Below, piece by piece: positions 24,590 through 36,721 of a DNA stretch of 64,000 nucleotides. Origin of the DNA: Camelus ferus (taxonomy: Eukaryota); contig NC_045696.1 of assembly GCF_009834535.1 (NCBI RefSeq), forward strand, positions 5,892,001-5,956,000, given 5' to 3'. A program made the position numbers and the translations under genes. The notes beneath the pieces are model-generated. The model saw only the letters and a list, made by a program, of their open reading frames with translations. It did not search any database and was not told the origin of the DNA. Position 1 is the first letter of the stretch; the number at the start of each line of letters is the position of its first letter.

Positions 24590-25018
24590 TAATTAATTTT
24601 TGATTGAAGTATAGTTGATTTACAATGTATTGGCTTCCGGTGTACAGCATAGTGATTCAGTTATACACATATGTACGTATCCTTTTTCATATTCTTTTTT
24701 CACTACAGGTTGAACCTTAAATGCTTTCTTTCTCTTTTTAAGCTTTTTTTTGGGGTGAGGGGAAGTAATTAAGTTAATTTATTTATTTAAATGGAGGCAC
24801 TGGGGACGGAACCCAGGACCTTGTGCACGCTAAGCATGCGCTCTACCCCTGGGCTCCATCCTCCTTCCCTGCATCACACGTTACTACAAGCCATTGAACA
24901 TAGTTCCTCGTGCTTACAGTAGGCCCTTGTTGTTTACCTACTCCGCACACAGTAGTTTGTATCTGCAAACCCCAGACTCCCAGTGTACCCCTGACCCCTC
25001 CCCTCCCTGCTGTAACCG
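24590..25018 (-). mobile_element. Short L1 3' end containing a nested SINE
   Basis: ttgaagtatagttgatttacaatgt...[SINE]...ttactacaagccattgaacatagttcc. Confidence 0.85.
24744..24869 (-). mobile_element. vic-1-type SINE nested in L1
   Basis: gtaattaagttaatttatttatttaaatggaggcactggggacggaacccaggaccttgtgcacgctaagcatgcgctctacc; homologous to 17911-18029. Confidence 0.85.
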
Positions 25019-28000
25019 TGTGGGGAAGGGGCTGGGCTCATGGGGGGGCACCCCCTCTGCCTGAGCGCCTCCTTCCAACCCTCATCTTCCCTCAAAAGGT
25101 AAAGACCCTTTGGTCACAAAGATTGTGTTTGCTCTTGTTGCAAGCACCCCACAAAGGACAGTGAAGACACGCTGGTGGACAGCTTGGAAGGTAAAAGGGG
25201 GTCCCACGGTTTTCAGGGGCAGCTTGGAGCCAGAAGACCCCTGGGCCCTGAGACAGGCTTCCCTCTTACTCTCCTCCCTTCCCTTCTCTCCGTCAAAGGC
25301 TCCCACCTGTTCAGCCACGCCCCCCCCCGCCCCCCCGCCGCGGCAAGGCCAGGTGTCCCCTCCCTCCCCTCCTCACTGCAGTTTGGGCTCAGGGCCTCCT
25401 CACGGGAACACAGGGCCCTGAACCTCCCCTTTCACACCAGGTCTGTTCAGGGGGATGAAACGGCTGCTCTGAGGGGTCGGGCAAGCTGAGGCCCCCCACC
25501 TAACGCCCTCTCCCAGCAGTCCCTGTCGGCCCACCCTCCCTCCCTTCGGGCCCAAGCTCCCTGGCAGGTCTTGGGAGAGCCGTCGTACTACTAAAAGCTC
25601 TGTTTGACGCACAGTGTAAAGAAGACAAGACGTTAGCGCCAGGTTCCTTGACAGCAGTCGCAGCTCTGCAGAAACGGGACACAGAGCAGGCCCTGCTCTG
25701 AGATTCCTGCGTCGTCAAGGGCACGTCCACTTGCCTGGACTGCTCTGCAGAGTCACAGGCCAGAGACAAGTCGGGCCGCAGCTTCGTCCCCAGTGCCACC
25801 CCAGTGTAGCCAGCATTCCCACGGCTGCTGCAGGGGGACCAGCCTGTGCTCAGTGGCGTGGAGCCAGGCCTGAGTGGCCTGAGTATCTGGGGGCAGACCC
25901 AGAGGTGATTACGGGGTGTCAGCTCTCCTTCTGGGTTGTGGCGGGTGGATTTTGCTGGTGGGCACGAGCCCTTCCCCCCTGCCCCTCCCGGGGCATCAGG
26001 TGTGCCCAGGATGCCTGGCTGCTGTTTTGTTTAGGGCGAGGATGTTAAAGGCCAAGGGTGGCATTTACGGGGCGGTGTGAACCTTTCACCCTTCGGTTGA
26101 AGGGCAAGAAGAGGGAGCAGCTGTGCTCCGGCAGGAAGTGACACCTCCGGGCTGGCAGGGGAGGGTTTCGCCTGGTGGTTACTATGTCTTTGATGTCCGC
26201 TGCCCTTTCCTCCCTCCCAGACCATCACATCACGGGACAGCTGGGTGGGCTCAGAGGGAGGCGGAGGCACGCATCCGTTTCCAGGAAAGCAGCCGCAGCG
26301 AAGGTCACACTCCAGGCAGTCTGAGCGGGGACCCGGGGCTCCTGAGCCCCTTCTGAGGGGCTCCTGCTCCGTGACCCGGGGTTTGGCTTCACACCTCATC
26401 TCCAGGCCTCAGTGGCCACTTTCGGTCTCTCTCGGTGAATCCCGGCCACGTGGCAACTTCAGCCAGAGTCCCACCCTGGGGTCACCACAGAGGGAAGGAA
26501 TGGGGAACTATGTTCCTGTGCGGAGAAGGTGGAAAAAGAAATGTCCCAGATGCATTTAAAGAGTTAAGGAGCCTGATTGGAAACAGGGAATAGGGGAGTG
26601 TTGAAGAATCCTTATTTTTTTTTTAATTAAAAATATCTTAAAAATAACAATTATCTTTTTTCTATTATAAAAGGGGGAGTGTTTATTGTAGAAAATCTAG
26701 AAGTGACAGAAAAGCTTAAGGATGAAGATAAAAATCATCTTGATTCCCACCAGAAACTGACAACCAACCCTTATTCACTTGATGGCCTAGCTTTGATCGA
26801 CAGAAACACAGACACACATCTTTGCACACAAACGAGATCACCCCACAAATACAGCACACATCTTCTTATTTTCATTTAAAATTCCATCCTCCGCCTTTTT
26901 CCCAGTGTCCCTGAAAACATGAATTTTTTTTAGCAGTTTAAGCAATAGTTTATTTTATTAAATCACACAGCAAGAAGCCCAGACACAGGCTCGATGACAT
27001 CATTAAGTATCTCGATTCTCTCTTTTCCACTCTGCCAAGTCCTCCTCCCACCCCCACAAATATTTTTTTGGTGTAAACCTTTTTTTGGTTGCAATTATTG
27101 ATAGAAAACATGAATTTTTAACAGGTACCTACCATTCTATGGAAAGGCTAAGACATTTATTTAGAATATTTAACATAAATGAATGGAAATGAACAACTTT
27201 GTCTTACAAGAAACGTGACAGTCTGGACCTCAGTTTTCCCCATCTCTAAAGTGGGATGATACGGCCTCAGTTCAAGTGGCTGGTATGGCCTTTAATTAAT
27301 GTTGAGGAAAAGCCTTGCAATTCACGGGTAAAGGATTGCTACTTAAGATTCTGTGTAATTGTTCCGTAATTACTATAATTTGCTCATTATAGGCACTTGG
27401 CACATTGTAGGATAACAGAGAGGAATTTGTTTGGAAGTCCATCTGCATCTTGGTCTTATCTGAGCTGGCGATGGAGGCTCCGAAGACCTGTGATTTCCTT
27501 CCTGACCGGAGAGACAGGATCAGCCAGGAGATGTCAATCCTAAATGGGCCGAGGTAACTGCTGATGCTGGCATGCCTCTGAGAGCAGGAGGAAGGACTCC
27601 TCAAGGCGGCGGGTGGGGTGGAGTAGGGGGGTGAGGTAGCGCTGGGCTACCTCCCTGCAAAGTGGCCTCTTACGGTTCCCCTTCACTGTCCTGACTTTGA
27701 TCTCCTAGAAGATGTGGATAATTCACCAGGATTTTCATTGTAAGCCTTTAGAGGCCAAAGGTACACTGATTCATTAAGACTTTCTGCACATTTACCTAAC
27801 GGCCCACAAGCTATGTCACGGCTGCGACTTTGGATGCTTCAGAAATTCTGAGACATGACAAACTTGGGCTCTCAGTATCCCCATGAAATGGGAGGAAGAG
27901 GTGGAATAGAGCATTTAGTGACCAGTGAATTGAGCATACATTTGCCACAATTTGTAAAAATGTTGAAAGCCCATCTCCCAAGGGATTATGACCATATTTT

Positions 28001-28780
28001 CTGAACCTCAGATCAGGACACATGGTCTGACCGAGGTCAGTTTTCCTGACTGCGAGGACGCTTATGTAAAAGACAAGGAGAGAGAATGTTTGCAGCGAGC
28101 ACTAACCAGGAAAGCCCAGGCCACGTGGCCACCTTGCATTCCGGAGCAATGTCTACAGTCCTCGGCAATTCTCAACACTGTACCTTGCTTTTCCGAATGT
28201 TCATGATCTTGCAGATTACTTGGTATCAATTTCAAAAGTACTGGAGGTCCTTAGGAGCAGTGATGACGATTTGACATGTTTCATTCCTAACACTGCTTTC
28301 CCCTTGGGTCTGGCTTCAGTGACTTGATGTCGGGTAGAGGGGTGCGTGTGTGAGAGAGGGAGAGGGTGGGGGGGCAGTGGGCTGTTGGGGAAGGGCTCAT
28401 TAGACCATTCTTGAGTCAACCTCTAGTTCTGGGTTTCTGGGGACAGATTTAAACCTGAGATAATTGAGAGGTTCAGATTGTTGGCTGATTCAGATTTGGG
28501 CTGGGACTCACAGCCTACAGAAGATAAAAAAGGAACATCCTGCGTAGACTGTTTCTACAGGCATCCAGTAGTGGCTCATTCCAAGAGTAGGGCGACCCCC
28601 TTAGACTTATTGTCAGACTTTGAAAAAAAATTGGGATCGTTTCAAGTCCTTCAGTAAGCAAAGGAGGAGGTGGGTGGAGAGCAGCCACATCCTTCTTCTC
28701 CAACTGAGATAAAATAATAGACCTATTGTCCCCAGAGCACAAGGTTACCTGGTTCTGAGCAAACCAAAATGCTGCTTCTT

Positions 28781-29264
28781 CTTTTTTATTTTTTAACTAT
28801 TGAAGTACAGTCAGTTTACAGTGTTGTGTCAATTTCTGGTGTACAGCATAATAGTTCAGTCATATATACACATACATATATTCATTTTTATATCCTTTTT
28901 CATTATAGGTGACTACAAGATATTGAATATAGTTCCCTGTGCTATACAGAAGAAACTTGTTTATCTATTTTATATATAGTAGTTAGTATCTGCAAATCTC
29001 AAACTCCTAATTTATCCCTTCCCACCCCCTTCTCCCACTGGTAACCATAAGTTTGTTTTCTATGTCTGTGAGTCTGTTTCTGTTTTGTAAATAAGTTCAT
29101 TTGTATCATATTTTAGATTCCACATATAAGTGACATCATATAGTATTTGTCTTTGAGTTACTTCACTTAGTGCGATAATCTCCAGGTCCATCCATGTTGC
29201 TGCAAATGGCATTATTTCACTCTTTTTTATGGCTGAGTAATACTCCATTGTATATACATACCAC
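28781..29264 (-). mobile_element. L1 3' end (camelid-type variant)
   Basis: ORF 29060-29266(-) WYVYTMEYYSAIKKSEIMPFAATWMDLE is the ORF2 C-terminus; ttgaagtacagtcagtttaca. Confidence 0.93.
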
Positions 29265-30229
29265 AAGTTCTGGAAAGAGTATTTTTAAACTGGATAAACG
29301 TAACTTCCTTGAGTAGCTTCTAACGTGTGTCTTGGAGGACTTCTGCAGGGGATTTTGCTGGTCAGGTGGGAGGTGGTGGAGGAAGGGCGGGGAAGAGCTG
29401 AGAAACCTTTTCAAGAAAGTCTTGAAGCCAGCCTTTGAGAACTCAATAAGCTGTACAGAGAGCTGACATGGTGGGTTAGGAACATGCTCAGGGCCGGCGA
29501 TCCTGCCCCTTCAACTTGTTATTATCTTTGTTTGGATGTTGGCACTGGCGTCACCCCCTAGTTAGAGAGTCATCACCACTGTCACATTAGTCACCACGCT
29601 GCCTGCACTATACTTAGCGACCTCCTGTCCGCTCACAGCCACAGCCCTTCGTGCGCTTTTATTTCTTCCCATAACCTTCTTGGGAGTGGTGTGTCCACTG
29701 GATAAGCTCTCTCGTGATCAGTTCGCTTCCCACACAAAAGAAAAACAGTGATGCCCTCTTCCACGTGAGAGGACCTTTCAGCAAAGCCCAGGTGCTGGCT
29801 CACGGGTATTTTTTCAAACCAAGAATGGAGGTGACTCCTTGGTCCAGTGGATCCAAACATGGAAACTCGCTTGCCCAACTCTTCATTTTGATCGCCCTTC
29901 TGCTACCCTGTGCAGGGAGGTTTAGGTCCAGGAACTCTGGTTATCTCAAAGGTTCACTGAGGCACGACAGGGTCCTGCCATGGCGTAAAAGGTTCATCTT
30001 ACCAGGATTTTTTTTTTTTTTTTTTTTTTTTTTGGTGGATGTCCATAAAAGTGGCTCTGGAGAACCCAGGCGAGAGGGTGCAGGTGGGTTTAGAAAACTG
30101 ATTAGTTTCCAAAAATGGGATCCAGTGAACCTGAGAGGGACCAGAGGTCCTGAGGAAGGAGCTTATTCCAAACATTAGAAGAAAACAAAAGCTGTGGCTT
30201 GACTCTGAGTCTGTGTGATTCACCGACGG

Positions 30230-30520
30230 ACACGCCAGTCGGAGAGTAAGCTGACAACCTCCGGCTGCGGAGCAAGAAAGGAAGTGGTTTCAACCGGGCT
30301 ACCCTAACCCAGAGAAGGTGGAAAATTTCATTCCAGGAGGAAAATGGACTTCGTGACATTCACTGGACTCCAGCAGCTCAGAAACGCCAGCGGCTCTGAG
30401 TAAACTGCGCTTACTAATATCATAAGATGACTTCAGCACAGGGGTGTTCACAGTAAACTTTCCAGGAAAGCAAAAACCAGCCCAGTGGGCAGGCTGCTCA
30501 CTTCTCCTTTGTTTGTACGT
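30230..30520. promoter_or_regulatory. Candidate enhancer (ETS/RUNX, NF-kB-like, STAT and FOX-like motifs in repeat-free sequence)
   Basis: aggaagtggttt at 30279-30290, ggaaaatttc at 30320-30329, ttccaggaa at 30460-30468, two gtaaac; motif evidence only. Confidence 0.35.
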
Positions 30521-31410
30521 TGGTGACCACTCACGAGATTTCTATTGCGGCTGGTGTGCCCACCCCGGGTAGCCAGGAAATGCAGCTCTCTGGGTGTTAG
30601 TCATCTCGCTGGAAGCTTTGTTTTCGTGGAAAGCATGGCGTGGCAACCTAGCAGGTTGACGCGAGGGCCAGACCCCACAGCCCCTTGAAGTTGGTCTCCG
30701 GGACGTTTGGTGACAGTGCGTCAGCAGATGCAGTAGTGGAGAGCGCTGGCCTCCCCGCCACGGGGACAGGATGTGACCCAGGGCCCACTTGGAAGGTCGG
30801 AGAAGAGGGAGTGATGTTTCCCCTTTGGTTAAAATTATTTAAAAGTATGAAACGATAGTGAAGTTAGAGACAGAAAGAAAGAAACTCCAGAGCCACCCCC
30901 TCTGATGTATGACATTTTCACGTAAAAACATTCACTTCTGTGAGTTTTAAAACACTCTCAGGAATGGGGCACACATGCTTTTTTTCACAGGGAACCCTCG
31001 AAATGAGTGAAGTCATGTCTCTTTCTGAAACTTATGACACAAAAGCCATGCCCTTTCTTAACCCTCCTGGGTCTGTCTGCCTGCTGTGTGTCCCTAGGGA
31101 CAAGGTAGGGACAGAAGTCTGTAAACAGGCCAGGGCTGGTGACAGTGGGGCAACTGTCATGGCCCCAGAGCAACACCCCATCCTTTCGTTTGGTGGGTTC
31201 ACCTGCATCCAGGAAGCCGCCCACCTCACCGCCCCACTCGGTTCATCCTGCTTCTTGTCACCACTTTCAGTGACAAATGGCTGCTTCTGAAGGATCATGA
31301 AAACTGTCTCCTGATGGGTGTGCCCTTCGAAGCATCCTGCATCCCCACGTACACATGTCCTGCAGACGCGTCCTGAGTTGGAAGGGGAGATGCCACGGGA
31401 AGGATGTCAA

Positions 31411-31464
31411 TGTGAGTGTGAGTGTGTGTATGAGTGTGTGTATGTGTGAGTGTGTACGTGTGTG
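31411..31464. repeat. Imperfect (TG)n microsatellite
   Basis: tgtgagtgtgagtgtgtgtatgagtgtgtgtatgtgtgagtgtgtacgtgtgtg. Confidence 0.9.
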
Positions 31465-31479
31465 CTGCGTCGTTGCAGC

Positions 31480-31960
31480 AGGCAGGTCTCATGAGCCCAA
31501 CCCTGAAGGCGACTCCCAGAGCAGCCGCTCCCAGAACACTCCGAGGGGCAGAAGCCTCACCGCTGCTCTGGGCGAGCCCCGCGGGGGGCCCCTTCCCGTC
31601 GATGGACCGCTTCTGCCGGCGGCTTTGCTCTCAGCCGTGGGTCGGGCTGCCTCGCCGGCACGTCTTATAAAGGGAATGGTTTGCTTTGCCTGAAACCGAG
31701 TCTGGGGAAGCGGGGAGTGACAGCTCGCCGGAGAGGAGCGGTTCCCCGCGGGCGCCTTGAGCGCCTCCACACCTGTCCCTGTGGGAGTCTGTCTATAAAG
31801 CAGCCCCCAGGCAGAGCCCGCGAGCGCTGCCGTGAGAACATCTGGCGCTGTCCCAGGAGAGGACCCTCTGTCCGGGGGCGCGTCCGGCTGAGCTGATGCG
31901 CTGAAGCAGGCGGGCTCCCGGCAGTGGTGGTTTGCTGATGCGCCCGCAGAGTCAGAGCTC
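31480..31960. promoter_or_regulatory. CpG-island-like element with two TATAAAG boxes (candidate promoter or enhancer)
   Basis: About 40 CpG counted by hand in 31501-31950; very GC-rich; no recognisable repeat; tataaag at 31666-31672 and 31794-31800. Confidence 0.6.
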
Positions 31961-31973
31961 TGAGAGCAGAAAG

Positions 31974-31998
31974 CATCCATCCATCCATCCATTCATTC
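31974..31998. repeat. (CCAT)n/(TCAT)n microsatellite
   Basis: catccatccatccatccattcattc. Confidence 0.8.
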
Positions 31999-34484
31999 TT
32001 TTATTCAGGAAACTAGTGGAGGAGATTTTTTGAATAACATCAAAAACATTTAAAATGAATAATACACCTTTGGTGGGAGTGTGGGGGGAGGTGCTGGCGA
32101 CGGTGGTAGAGGGTGGGACACGGCCTCGTGAGCTACTCTCTGGAGCCTGGGTGCACCCTGGAAGTGAGGGGAGTAAAGATGCAGAGCGGGGGAGTGACTG
32201 GCGGGGGTGATGTCGGCTGGGAGGCCAGGCGGCCAGGTGGGCGCTGGTGCAACGTGACCCTGAGCTTGGGGAGGAGACCCGGCTTCAGGGACCCGTAGGG
32301 GGTCAGGTTCTGTCCATCAAGGCAGGAAGAGGACACGCGCCAGGAATCGGAGGACAGGAGCCAGCTTGAGGCGGCTCTCCATCTTCACACAATCCCTTCA
32401 GGGCCCCTGAGGGTGAGCTTAGGGTGAGCTTCCGGGTCTGAATATTCTGAAATTTCTATTTTGGGGGCCTGTGGGGCTGGCCCCTCAGCTCTCTTTTCCC
32501 ATCTCGGGAGTTCCAGTTCGATCGGGGCCACGTGATTTTATTGACATAATTTACATACTTCTGGGGCAGCAAGAACTGCTGGAACCTTCCCAGCATGGCG
32601 TTGTTTGTGCAGAGGAGCCCGCCTGTGGGCATTTCAGGTGATTCCACTTCCTTTCCAACTCCCTGGCTCCCATCCCCAAGCACTGCAGAAGCTCCAAAAA
32701 GCAAATCTGTTTTCCTCAGTGGAAGGGTGACAGGGGCTTGCCAGGATGAGGACAGGACATGCAGACGGCACTCTGCACCCAGATGGAGGTCACCCCGCCA
32801 GGCCTGTCTGCGTCCCCAGGTGAGGCTTTGGGCTGCAGGGGCTGCATTTTCAGTCCACCCATCTGGGCCGGCCAGGTGGGAAGCGAGTAAGGCCTGGAGG
32901 TGCTGGGGAAGGTCGGGGCAGCTGCGTTCTGAGAGGTCACACCTGCCCGAGCGAACAGCTGCCCTGATCTTCAGATGCCAACAGGCAACAGCGTGGCTGG
33001 GGTGGGAAAAAAAAGCCCAGAAGTCCCTTCCCCGAGAGCCTGTCGCCACCCCTCCCACACTTTGACCTCCCAAGACGTCTACTGCCCAGACCAGGGCCAG
33101 TCTTTGGAAAATAAGTGTCCCTTGTGAGGTCAACACATAGTGAAGGCCATTAGGGCTTTGGCATTTGTTGACTGAGAAAAGGTATTGACTGTCAAAATTC
33201 ATTATAAAGGTATTGATTGTTATAAATTCGTAACCCTTTCAAGGAATTTGGGTTTTGTCCATCCTAAAAGCACTGACATATGATTGCAAAACAGTTCATC
33301 GTACGTGTTGAGCTTTCAGACAATGCTTGATGGACGTCTGGATCTGTATTTTGTCCTCATTCTGTGCTTTCCAAGCCCAGGCCTGTGGTTTGCTCAGGAT
33401 GGGAGGTATGTAGGCTGCTCAGTGAGCCCACTGTGTTCCTGGATTTCACGTTGGGTGAATATATGTCTCGTCTTCCCGGGGTAGTTTTAAGGCCTCTTGA
33501 GGGGCAGAGAAGATGCCTGGGCATGGGTGCCCTGTGTCGTGAGGGTGCAAAATGCAGGCAGATTGTTAAGATGACACCATATCAGGACCAGAAGGGCTGG
33601 ATCCCAAGATCAAGTGTTTCGGGGAAAAACAAATCTCTGCTGAAAACCTATGTTGTGGTTGCCCAGGGAGAAACAGTCATTTAGGACACAGAGGTGGATG
33701 TGAATAAGGACACCCAGAGGCACACTTTATTAAGGAAAAAACAGGCAGGGCCAGGAAAACGGTTAGAGCTTGAAATCCCGTCCTGGATCCCAGGGATAGA
33801 GGAGAGAGCCAATTGTGTTAGAATATTCTAGAATGAAAAAAATGGGAACTCAGCCTTTGTAGAGCAGAATATGTGCAGAGACTGGGGAGGGGTGCAGGAG
33901 TCGGGTGGGGGCGGCAGCACCTGAAAACAAAAGGGGCAGAGTGGCAGGGAAGAGAAAGTAAGAGGAGGTTTTCACCTGCTCAGCGCAGCGCCCAGGCTGG
34001 AAGGTGCTGGCAGAGTCAGGGCCTCCTCAGAGAGGCCTGAATGATCGCGAGAGCTACTCCTCTCAGAATATTCCTCTCCAAAGAAGACACGGTTACTTGG
34101 CTCACTATTGCTTAGAATCCTAAAGTTCTCTTGCTCACATTAGGTCGGTTCTGTAGTTCTTGCATTCTGGGAACCGTGACAGCTTTGGAAGTGTCACAGT
34201 GTGCCCGTGGACCCCTGACCTCAGAGCTGGCCCCTCCCCTGCCGTCCAGGGCCTGTGGCTTTTCTAAGTGGAAAGTGCACTGTGGTGCGGGAGGAGGACC
34301 AGCCGAGAAGTCGGAGACATCGTGGTGCAATCCTGGCTCTGTGCGGGGACCTTGGGCGTTACCCTCAACCCCAGGCCTTCAGGGTGGGGCTTGATTTCCT
34401 CTGAAGCCCCTCTCGGGACAGGTGTCTATTCTATTCTAGAAAGCACCTCTGAACAACAATTTCTCCAGCTTGTAGGAGTGGGGA

Positions 34485-34680
34485 TCAGGCAATGTGGGCT
34501 CCAGCTCCAACTCTGTCCCGATCAGCTGTGTGACTTTGGGCAAGGGGCTTAACCTCTCTGGGCCCCTTTTATTCTCATCTGTGAAGTTTGGTTAATGGTA
34601 GTTTTTTTTTTTTTTTTTTAAATCTCCAAGTTTGTTGAGAGGATTAAGTGCTCAGTGAGTGATGTGAGCTGTGTGGATTA
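34485..34680 (+). mobile_element. MIR SINE
   Basis: agctgtgtgactttgggcaaggggcttaacctctctgggcc..tctcatctgtgaa..gttgagaggattaag. Confidence 0.8.
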
Positions 34681-34765
34681 GATTTACTCCATCATAAAGT
34701 GGTACCAGGAGTTATGCTGAAACCTGTCTTGGGATCTGAGGTGGTTATGTGATTGGTCAAAGGGG

Positions 34766-34940
34766 ACAACAAGGGACCTACTGTATAGCACAGGGAACTA
34801 TATTCAATTTCTTGTAATAACATATAATGGAAAAGAATCTGAAAAGAAAAAATACATATGTATGTACATGTATAACTGACTCGCTTTGCTGTGCACCTGA
34901 AACCAACATTGTAAATCAACTACACGTCAATAAAATATAA
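34766..34940 (+). mobile_element. Short L1 3' end
   Basis: acaacaagggacctactgtatagcacagggaactatattcaa..tgtaaatcaactacacgtcaataaaa. Confidence 0.88.
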
Positions 34941-35077
34941 GGATTTTAAAAACAAAAGAAGGACCCATTCCAAAGGGAAAGAGGCAGCAGGTGAATGTAT
35001 GTGCAGAAATGCCCCGGGGTTCAACGAAATGTGGCAAGATCTTCCAGAATTCCAGGTTCCAGCAGAACAGTTCATCG

Positions 35078-35242
35078 GGTTCTCAGGCTCAAGTTCTCTG
35101 CAGAATCCTCTGCAGGGCTTTTAAAACCCAACTTTCAGTTTCTGATTCAGAAGGTCTGGAGTGAGGCCCACGAGTCTGCATTTCTGACAAGCTCCCAGGT
35201 GCTGCTGCTGGAGCTGGGTAGAAAACATTTTGAGAACCACTG
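35078..35242. mobile_element. MER5A hAT-Charlie MITE
   Basis: gtttctgattcagaaggtctggagtgaggccc..tctgcatttctgacaagctcccaggtg..tttgagaaccactg. Confidence 0.85.
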
Positions 35243-36208
35243 GATTAAGGCTCATATCGTGTTATTTTTTTTTTTTTTCCCTTCAAATTTGAGTGACACT
35301 GAGATCCCGTGTAAAGGAGGAAAAATCGTGAGTTCTCTCATTCGTAAAGCACTGAGCTGGTCTCATTCTATGACTATCTTTCAGCTGTGAATTTGCGTCT
35401 GGAGAACTTCTGTTTTACACTCCTATTGTCAGTGAAACATTCTTTTGGAAAAGACGCAACCCGTAGAAGCCAGCCTCAGAAACATTAGTCCACGCTAGAA
35501 ACATCCTGAGTTCTTCACCTACTCTTAAGAGTAATGAGGAAGTAAGGATGGGAGCGGTGCTGGAAGGGGCTGGATTTGAACCTTGAGTCCTCTCCTCACC
35601 AAGTGGCTGTGGGCTGTGGGGACCTCAGTGCTTAGGTGTGAAGCCCTGTGCGGTTGTGTGTCTACATGAGGCTCTGAATCTTGTCAGCTGGGCGATACAG
35701 AAGGCCAGCTCAGCCTGGCAGGGTTCTCGGCTGAGGAAGGAGCAGGTGAGAAGCTGGAGAGGGCGGGCTGGGAGGCGCCTGGGGCCCTGGGGTGAGCTTT
35801 CCTGTAGTTGGATGCTGCTGGCTGGCTCCCCAAGTTTAGCTTGGGTTAAAAAAAGAGGAACATTTCAAGCTCAAAGTGAGTCAAGAGTTCGCCAGGGTCA
35901 GCTGGCCATGCCATGGTGGCTCACTGCTCAGATTCACTCAGTATTCTTTTTTTTTCCAATCAGGGTCACTCACTGAAGGGTAGAATGGTCCCCTGGATAC
36001 TCCATACTTTCAACCTTGAATCTCGTCCACAGGCTGACTGGTGTGTCTTCTGAGTGATCTGCCGGGCATCCTGTTCTGTGGGGCTCTCCTTCGTGCAGAG
36101 CCCTGTGTTGGGGAGCTGCCACCTGCTCTCAGCCACCTCCTTTCTGTCCTGGGTGCACATTTCAGCTGTCATGTGACTCATTCTGCCCAGCGACGAGCCT
36201 GATGGTCG

Positions 36209-36721
36209 TGATGCAGGAAAATGTGGGGCGAGAGGAAGGCCGTGTCCCAGGTCCCAGGTGAGTCCCTGGAAGGTGCCTCACCAAGTGAGGGTCCTTGGCT
36301 TCAGGCAGGAAAGAATTCAAGAGCAGGTATAGTAGAGTGAAGGCAGATTTATTCAGAGAGATCCACACTCCACAGACAGAGCGTGGGCCGTCGCACTCAG
36401 AAGGGAGCGCGGCCACGAGGCGCGGGCTGTTCGTTTTTATGGGCTCAGCAACTTCGTCCGCTAACAAGTGGGAGGATCAGTCCAGCTGCTTTGGCGAAGG
36501 GGCGGAGGTTCCCAGGAACTGGGCCACCCTCACTTTCTGGCCTTTTATGCTCAGCCTGGGACCTGTCCTGGCACCTGTGGGAGGGCCTATTCAGCAGCTC
36601 TTGTGTTACAGCGAGTGGATAACGAAGCTCAGGCCCGCCGGGAGAGGACTGTCCCGCCGTCTCGGTGCCGACTGCTGGGACAGCCTTTCAGTGGTTGTGG
36701 CCGCCCGTCCCCTCCTGCTCA
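36209..36721 (-). mobile_element. Complete MER41-like ERV1 solo LTR
   Basis: TG...CA ends; 4-bp flanks gtcg/gttg; gagggtccttggcttcaggcaggaaagaattcaagagc is characteristic of MER41; minus-strand CATAAAA (36435-36441) and AATAAA (36348-36353). Confidence 0.8.

Noticed and set aside
25682..25700. Short perfect hairpins or palindromes (cagagcagg-c-cctgctctg; also 12095-12108, about 52454-52470 and 60952-60975)
   Set aside because: Arms of 7-9 bp are expected by chance in 64 kb.
30339..30353. 14-bp ggaaaatggacttc repeated at about 43089
   Set aside because: An isolated match with unrelated flanks; compatible with chance.
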